NCBI GenBank assembly: GCA_964016885.1
Contig: OZ024741.1
Span: forward strand, 343,604,001-343,668,000
DNA length: 64,000 nucleotides
Direction: 5' to 3'
Source: Eledone cirrhosa
Lineage: Eukaryota
The notes under the pieces were generated by a model, which saw only the letters and a program-made list of their open reading frames with translations, was not told where the DNA came from and made no database searches. Both the position numbers and the translations under genes were made by a program. Shown piece after piece: positions 55,992 to 64,000 of this stretch. Each line of letters opens with the position of its first letter. Position 1 is the stretch's first letter.

Positions 55992-57740
55992 TAAAATAAC
56001 AGATTAAAGTTTAAGCAAAGAATCGCTCCTTTCACCCTTAACGGGATCTTCTGAAACTAACAAAGTCAATCTGTAAACGCAGAAGTGGATATTTCAAAAA
56101 ACGTTGCAACCGGAGGAAGACAGGAAGACGATACTTTGGTTCGTGGAAACGTTCGCTGGCAAAGAACGGGAAAAAACGAATAAGATACGTCATTAATAGG
56201 AACGGTGAAAAACAATTACGCGCAAAGACAGAACCACGTTTATGGTATAAAAGAGGTCGTAGACTAATGTTCTCTTAGGTGGTTCATAGAGACGTTCTCT
56301 GGCAATGAACGAAAAAAAAACCGCAGATAATACGTCATATGCGGAGCGTAGAGAACAATAGCACGCAAAGACAAAACCACGTAAATGGTATAGCAGAAGT
56401 CGTAGACTAAATTCTAACAAGGAGACCGAATGAATCTCCGCTACAGAGTTAAGAACAAAGTAAATAAATACAATACAGAAGTAATAGAAATAAATAAATA
56501 CATACACGCAAACAAATACGTACATACACAAGCATACGCAAAACACTTACCATAAGTATACAAAACCACGCACATATAAATATGTGTGTGCGTGTATACA
56601 AATAAATAAATAAATAATTATATAAACGTATATAAATAAATAAATACGTATATAACAAGCGCACACACATACCTACATGTAAATACACGAATGTTCGGAG
56701 ACGTAAGTCAACCAAAACATGAAATACACATATACACACACCCTACATACGTACGAACCTGCATACTCACACAGACGCAAAACTCCCGTATACACATAGC
56801 GAAACCATATGTACCAGAATAAAAAAAAAAAAATGTTACGCCATAACATAAACAATCAAATATACGTACGAGAAGGTATACGTACCTTCACAAAACATAC
56901 GGGTATTATATACTTACATATGCAAATAAGTAATGGTATAAACAAAACATATACTTAGCTCCCACATCAAGACGTAAAATATCCACGTATAGATCGTTCT
57001 ATCCATTAGGGTATAACGTGGGGCTGTAATACGGGAAAGTTTTGTGCAATTTATGTTTACAAGCCGAAATTGCCTCAAATTTTTTGTTTAAGATGTGGTC
57101 TGTGGCGTAGAGTATTTCCAGGGCCGCAGCGGCGAAGAGGTCACATGGTCTTTTATTTCCGTTATACGATCTATCCCTAGCTAGGATCTCCCAGTGTAAC
57201 TTATATTGGGTGTGGTTGTCTTTTAGACTCCAGATATAAGCTGAAAGTGACGTCATATTCCTATTTAGAGGGTAACGAAAAGAATGGGTATGCGTGTAAA
57301 GACGCTGCTTGAATCTATTGGCGGTTAACCCTATGTAGGCCCTACGGGACGTGGGTGTTACAACCTACATTTGTAGACAATGTTACTAGAAAGGCATTTC
57401 CCGGATAGGGGGCAATCAACCCAATTCCTACAATTACAGTTAGTACTAACTACAGGGTTGCATGTGTTCCTGCGAAACATTTTTCCCCTACACATAAATA
57501 TAGTAAAATGTTTAATAGAAATACTATTAAAATTTCTTACTCTACGACTCCTAACCTTGCACATAACATCACAGCTTCAAATTTAGCTAAACTACCTAGC
57601 CGTAGGAAAGCAGCGATTCTTTGTTTAAACTTTAATCTGTTATTTTAATAAATATTTGCTCTACGGTTCTTATATACTTGATATATTATCCTTATCGAGC
57701 CTCTTTGGATTTTAGTCTTGAAATTTATTATTATTACTAT
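55985..57740. mobile_element. Second copy of PLE family C (EN only), inverted insertion
   Basis: 55985-57475(-) is homologous to 18856-20335; 57476-57607(+) is an inverted linker piece; 57608-57740 is the pLTR end plus tail. Confidence 0.9.
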
Positions 57741-57763
57741 ATATATATATATATACACACACG

Positions 57764-57868
<105 letters not shown>

Positions 57869-57869
57869 T

Positions 57870-58018
57870 TCCAATTCCAACCCTTCAATCTTATTTCTCA
57901 TTCTTTCTTCTGAAGGACTAACGTCCGAAACGTTAAGACCCTCTTTCTGCTCTTTCAGGCGTCAACCTAATACATTCCTTCCATATACTGTACCGATTGT
58001 GTTGTTATTTCTGTTTAC

Positions 58019-58025
<7 letters not shown>
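57870..58025 (+). mobile_element. ~155-bp solo hammerhead-bearing element
   Basis: TCTT-CTGAA-GGACTAACGTCC-GAAA-CG-TT-AAGA at 57906-57938; relative at 61130-61310(-). Confidence 0.6.
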
Positions 58026-58050
<25 letters not shown>

Positions 58051-58051
58051 C

Positions 58052-58093
<42 letters not shown>

Positions 58094-58095
58094 AT

Positions 58096-58220
58096 GTATC
58101 CCGTGTTCAATCAGGGGTAACCACAGTAAGTAAGGTACTCATTACATAGCGGAGTATAAATATTTAATATAGAAATGGCTTCTACAGAACTAGAAATCTT
58201 TCATTCGGGAGAAATCATCA
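58096..58220 (-). mobile_element. PLE pLTR stub (family of 29381-29542)
   Basis: Homologous tail and a truncated HHR (TGATGA-TTTCTCCCGAAT-GAAA-GAT-TT). Confidence 0.65.
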
Positions 58221-59032
58221 TGTGTATGTATATGTATGTATGTAATTCTGTATGTGTGTATGTGTGTGTCAGAGAGAGAGAGAGAGAGAAGGGTGAGAGA
58301 GATAGAAAGAGTCTCTGTGTGTGTGTCTGTGTTTCTGTAGGTATATATTTAATAAATGCAGAGTGATGGATCAGGTCAACAACCACACGCTCTAACACAG
58401 TATTACAATTTAGATGAGTTTTGTGATTCGGAGTATCTAATTCTTTCATAAATCTGTCATTTGAATTCATATTTACATGGATTGGGTTAGTCATGACATA
58501 CAGGTGATTCCAGTACACGTTTACTTTGAAACAGAAAGGAACAATTGCTTATTTTATTTTTTTCAATACATTCCATTGTTGTCTGTACAGAGTGTATTCA
58601 TCGATATCCAGACTATTCTCGTTACCTATGGTAAAATAAACAAATATAAAAATTCAAAGTTACCACAGACGGAAAATCTGTCGCTACCGCAACCATTGTA
58701 ACTAAATCAACATCATAAATAAGGATCGATACATAATTCTTAATATCTTATTTGGTAACCCTGTTATTAAAACTTGTGTGAACAGCAAACGGCTCAATAG
58801 ATAATAACAGCCCAGAGAACTGTAACACCGTGGTTACGAAACAAACCAACAGCAGTGGAAACAATAACAACAGACACGAAAATAACCAAAGCCGTCTTTA
58901 GAATTCCCGAATGTAAAATATCTTTAGAAACATGTGAGGTCTTTAGAAATTGTTTATCTTGTGAGAAACATACAGATAGCTCATATTTCTTCAATATAAA
59001 CACACACACACACATATATATTTATATATGTG

Positions 59033-59091
<59 letters not shown>

Positions 59092-59136
59092 GTGTGTGAG
59101 TGTGTATGTGTGTGTATATATATATATCTGTCTATT

Positions 59137-59227
<91 letters not shown>

Positions 59228-59463
59228 GTATATTTCGTTTCTGAATTTGTTTAGCAAGATTCTTTATCTGAAAACGTGTGTTGAAACCGATATTGTTATA
59301 CTTTGGGAGGGTCATGTTGCCAATAAGAAAAGTACGCACCAGTTGCTTTCACTCCAATTTATTATAAATTAAATTTATAAATTTAAAAAAATTTAAAAAT
59401 TCATAAATTTATAAATTTCCGGTTGGTTGGTTGGTTCCACACCTGGATGGTTGTTCATATATT

Positions 59464-59506
59464 GTCAAAGTACTTTCGTCACACATTATGTGACCTCTTC
59501 AGTGAC
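59464..59506 (-). ncRNA. Minimal hammerhead ribozyme
   Basis: GTCA-CTGAAGA-GGTCACATAATGTGTGAC-GAAA-GTAC-TT-TGAC. Confidence 0.8.
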
Positions 59507-60693
59507 TGGGGATTCTTTTCTTTGTTTTGTGCCTCTCCTTTGTTCTGTCCTACGCCATCTTGTTTTTGTGTGTGTTGTGTGCTTAGTTTGCGCATGTGTT
59601 ACATCCGGGTGTCTGTGTGTGTTTTTATTTGTTTATTTACATGTTACTGGTTTGTTGTTTGTTTTGTGTGTGTGTGTTTTCATTTTGTTCTTAATTGTAA
59701 GTTGTGATGTTACTATTCCATTCATGTTTTATATTTAATTTTGGTTGGAGTTCATTTTTGTTTATTGCCTCTGTGATTTGTCCAAACATTGTGTCTTTTC
59801 TGTGTGCAGATTTTATTTTTATTTCTATGTTCTCTAATTTGCCCCTATGTTCTATTTTAGCATGTTGGTGGAGTACTGATGATTCTTTACTATCTTGAAG
59901 GTCTCGCCAGTGTTCATTTAATCGTTCTCCTATAATACGAGCTGTCTCACTTATGTACACTATATTCTTATCTTTACATTGTCCTTCAGTACACCCTATA
60001 TTATATACTATGTTTCTAGTTTTACAGTTAATATGGGGGCTTAGTTTACAGATTATGCATTTCTTATCTATACAGGGAGGTCTTTGAAAAGGGTATGTAT
60101 TACTAATAAGTTTTTGATGGATGTACCTGGTCTTTCTACTATCTTAATATTTAGTTTAAGTTTATCTAGGGCCCTTCTAAATTTGTAAGCTAATTCACCT
60201 CTAGGTGTTGTATTGATGAACATTACACTCTGGTATTTATTGCTATCATACCATGAGTTTATTCTATTAACCTTATTCCTAGTTCTTTCTATTCTATTCC
60301 AAAATTTGCTACTATACAAGGGACAGGTCCCATTTGTATCATTATTTACCATTTTTTTCCATTTGGTTCTGGCTCCTCTATATACTCTGATTTTATCTCT
60401 CTGATTGTAACCAGAGAATTGCATACGGTGGATGAAGTGTTGTATGTGTCTCTCTAGAAAACATGAATGGATTAGCAACATCAGAACTTACAATTAAGGA
60501 GAAAATGAAAACACACACACATAAAACAAACAACCAACCAGTAACATGTAAATAAACAAATAAATAAACAAATAAAAACACACACAGACACCCGGATGTA
60601 ACACATGCGCAAACTAAGCACACAACACACACAAAAACAAGATGGCGTAGGACAGAACAAATGAGAGCCACAAAACAAAGAAAAGAATCCCCA

Positions 60694-60736
60694 GTCACTG
60701 AAGAGGTCACAGAATGTGTGACGAAAGAACTTTGAC
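60694..60736 (+). ncRNA. Minimal hammerhead ribozyme (right arm, stem III mutated)
   Basis: GTCA-CTGAAGA-stem II-GAAA-GAAC-TT-TGAC. Confidence 0.7.
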
Positions 60737-60913
60737 AATATATGAACAACCATCCGGTTGTGGAACCAACCAACCAACCGGAAATTTATAAATTTTTAAA
60801 TTTTTTTAAATTTATAAATTTAATTTATAATAAATTGGAGTGAAAGCATGTGGTGCGTGTGTATCTTATTGGCAACATGACCCTCCCAAAGTATAACGAT
60901 ATATATATATATA

Positions 60914-61103
60914 TAGGAAAAAGTATGACCCCGACGGCAGAGCTCAAGCCGTTTCGACGGCTATTTCTGGAAATAGCCGTCGAAACGGCTTGAGCTCTGC
61001 CGTCGGGGTCATACTTTTTCCTATTACCCACTCTACTACCCTAAGTATTGATTACTCTGGTGCGTTATGGTCCATCTGGTTCCTTACCACAATTTCTTTG
61101 TTT
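60914..61103 (+). mobile_element. Short PLE fold-back element: 110-bp palindrome plus tail
   Basis: Near-perfect palindrome 60914-61024; tail homologous to 365-445(-). Confidence 0.75.
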
Positions 61104-61129
<26 letters not shown>

Positions 61130-61137
<8 letters not shown>

Positions 61138-61310
61138 AAAGGTAAACAGAAATAGTAACACAATCGGTACAGTATATGGAACGGATATATTCGGTTAACG
61201 CTTGAAATAGCAGGAAGAGGGTCTAAACGTTTCGGACGCTAGTTCTTCATCAGACGAAAGAATGAGAAATTAGAAAGATTGCAGGGACTGGTGGGGCGGA
61301 ATCGGAATAC
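61130..61310 (-). mobile_element. Solo hammerhead-bearing element
   Basis: Minus strand CTGATGA-AGAACTAGCGTCC-GAAA-CG-TT at 61222-61256. Confidence 0.65.
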
Positions 61311-61325
61311 ACACACACACGCACA

Positions 61326-61427
<102 letters not shown>

Positions 61428-62328
61428 GAATTATATTTGGGAAACGCAAATAAGATAAAAGATATTTACCTATTTACTTAGAGGGTCCGTAATGCAACGC
61501 TTCATTGAGTAAAACTCAGCATTGAATGCTATGATAACTTCAACTTGCCAGGGAACATTCTCAAACAAGAAAGGATTTGACTGAGTTATTCGCTATCAGC
61601 GATAATTTCAAATCGAAGAATTATCACGTGATTTGCGTACTAACTTACGGTCGCTATATTTAGTAGCCCTTTCACTTGCTATTTCCCACATACTACTACT
61701 CCTCTGTAGGACTCTAATTACGTGATAATTCTCCCATTCGAAATTATTGCAGGTAGCGAATTCTTTCTTTTTTGAAAACGTTCAACCATAAACTTCCCTA
61801 AACTAACCTCAAAGACAAAATATTCTCTAAAATATTTAGTCTTGTGGTGTGATGTCGTGCTCCAGAGAGCTTTCATTAGAAAAGCCGTACAAAACACCAT
61901 GCAAAACACCAAGAAAAAAACTATTACTGAATAAACGAAATTGTTAAAGGATGAATACTACATAGATATGATATCGAAAAGCAATATGAAATTATGCACA
62001 TGCTTCAAATCACATTATAGACAAATACATATTTAATTACAGATAAACAAGGATGTAAATTCATAAATAAGGTGAAATTATGCAAATGGAAATATGTAAA
62101 AATAAAACTCACTGGAACATCATTCGTATAAAGATTGGCTTGCAATCTAACAAGTGTGAAGAATAAGAAATAAGAAAGAAAGAAACAAACAAAGAGGGAA
62201 GGAAAGAAGGTTAGAGCATCCTGTCAAAGCCGCACCCCATCCTCTCACTCATAGCCTTATCGCATACAACAAAGCTCAGAACACCATCCAATTTGGTCAA
62301 CCGTGTAGGCACCGCGCGCAGACACACG

Positions 62329-62419
<91 letters not shown>

Positions 62420-62420
<1 letters not shown>

Positions 62421-62710
62421 TTAAAAGAATAGAGGTGTAACACACGAGTGTGATATATTAGTAAAAGGAAGAGAAAATGGTGACAAATTTAATAATTTTG
62501 AGATAGAGCGCCCGTGATGTTTGCTCAGATTAGAGCAAACATCACGGGCGCTCTATCTCAAAATTATTTTTGAAAAGCTTAAGAAATGCGCACCGGTAAA
62601 AGCTTAAAACTAAAACTGAATACTAACCAATACATATTACTAATTTTACTTATTCCTAATTACACAATTTTTCACTGGGAAAAATTTGTCACCATTTTCT
62701 TTTCCTTTTA

Positions 62711-62720
<10 letters not shown>
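62420..62720 (-). mobile_element. Nested inverted-repeat element in (TA)n
   Basis: Outer inverted repeat 62453-62491/62682-62720; inner 36-bp-arm hairpin 62491-62568; short unpaired tail at left. Confidence 0.55.
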
Positions 62721-62745
<25 letters not shown>

Positions 62746-62754
<9 letters not shown>

Positions 62755-63439
62755 AGCCGTTTGGAAGCCTCGACAATGCAAATGGGTAAATCTCCGGGTA
62801 ACAAGGTCCGGTGGTGGAGAGAGAGATATGTAAGTGGGTGTACGTTGAGATGCGTGGTGTGTATAAGATGTGTGAGATGTGTAGAATGAAGGGAAGAGTA
62901 AAAGAATAAAAAGAATAATAACAACACAAGAGAGAGAGTTACCTTGGGAGAGATTTAATAGTCCCTATATATTTCGGATTCACATCCATCAACTGGGGTT
63001 TTTTCGGGGTGGGGGAAAAGGTTGTCTGTCGGACAACTCGGCACGCGTCTTTCGCTGTCTGTTGATTTGAATATCTCAAATCAACAGACAGCGAAAGACG
63101 CGTTCCGAGTTGTCCGACAGACAACCTTTTCCCCCACCCCGAAAAAACCCCAGTTGATGGATGTGAATCCGAAATATATAGGGACTATTAAATCTCTCCC
63201 AAGGTAACTCTCTCTCTTGTGTTGTTATTATTATATTTATTCTTTTACTCTTCCCTTCATTCTACACATCTCACACATCTTATAAACACCACGCATCTCA
63301 ACGTACACCCACCTACATATCTCTCTCTCCACCACCGGACCTTGTTACCCGGAGATTTACCCATTTGCATTGTCGAGGCTTCCAAACGACTTATAAATAT
63401 TTACTTATTGTTCCACAATGCTTCAAGCAAACTTCAATA

Positions 63440-63445
<6 letters not shown>
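62746..63445 (+). mobile_element. PLE-type fold-back element: ~655-bp palindrome plus ~45-nt tail
   Basis: Centre ~63073 with a 5-nt loop; HHR-like CCC-CAGTTGA-T-GGATGTGAATCC-GAAA-TATA-TA-GGG at 63148-63183. Confidence 0.75.
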
Positions 63446-63499
<54 letters not shown>

Positions 63500-63980
63500 T
63501 ATTGCCTGGTCGAAGCACAGCTGGATTTATTCATTTGACATTATTTCTGCTGTCTGATGCGGCTCATTTTCATTTATTTGATGTCGTTAATATGCTGAAT
63601 GTTTATTCATGGTGGAAGAAGCGTTATTTAAAAGTGCATTCCTTTGTATCCACATACGTTTTAACTACATTTGGAAATTCTAAGGTGAATTCAGCTTCAT
63701 ATATCATGGCTCCACATCTTACGTTTGCTCCAGTGGGCATCATTCCAGTCTCCGACACGAACAGCTTTTGTTACTGATTTTGGTAAGTTTGCTAGTAATT
63801 CTACGAGTTTAGAACCTTGGCACAGGAATAAACAATTCTGAAAGATTTTGTATTGAACATCTTTCTACAGCTATGGCCGATGGTAAACTGTTAATCTAAT
63901 AGGGTTAAGCATTTTTTACGAAAGTCAGTTTTCACATTAAGGTAGGTGTAAACCATGTTATCTTCAGAAGTCTGTTTTCA
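63500..63980 (-). pseudogene. Degenerate Hydra-like PLE linker and endonuclease
   Basis: Manual translation KITWFTP, NVKTDF, CSCRRLE*CPL, MIYEA...TYV...TFK*RFFHH. Confidence 0.65.
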
Positions 63981-64000
63981 TGGGGAATGTGAATAATCTT

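Larger units (their letters stand above)
59291..60900. mobile_element. Nematis-like PLE, inverted insertion
   Basis: Left arm(-) holds pLTR 59291-59730, GIY-YIG (YISETAR..ERLNEH, HAKIEH, QITEA, LNIKHEW) and thumb/linker (MQFSGY, PLY, TPRGEL, VERPG); right arm(+) 60457-60900; the clade call is tentative. Confidence 0.8.

Noticed and set aside
61718-61912. 64-aa ORF as a possible host exon or Tx1 ORF1 remnant
   Set aside because: No convincing motif or splice context.

Overview
This is AT-rich eukaryotic repeat DNA with no recognisable host gene. The (TA)n/(CA)n/(TACA)n/(TAA)n microsatellite load and the SINE types suggest an invertebrate, probably a cephalopod (inference). The window is a nest of retroelements inserted into microsatellites. 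Penelope-like elements (PLEs) dominate. Three families encode RT plus a C-terminal GIY-YIG endonuclease with a CxCx5C linker (Hydra-clade-like), and one family is Nematis-like. All sit as inverted, fold-back insertions in (TA)n. About 15 short non-coding PLE derivatives are also present as palindromes, stubs and tandems. Many carry minimal type I hammerhead ribozymes (HHR) with palindromic stem III, some with non-canonical cores or a very long stem II. The most notable signal is a shared 3' tail across more than 10 otherwise dissimilar PLE termini. It is an ACTC...GAGT(R)CTY hairpin, with GCTC/GAGC covariation, that starts a few nt after the point where the inverted arm stops. Decayed Tx1/L1, RTE, R4/Dong-like and CRE-like LINEs, a cluster of five ~600-bp non-autonomous RTE derivatives, and tRNA-derived SINE fragments are also present. 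Coordinates were read by eye and may be off by a few bases.
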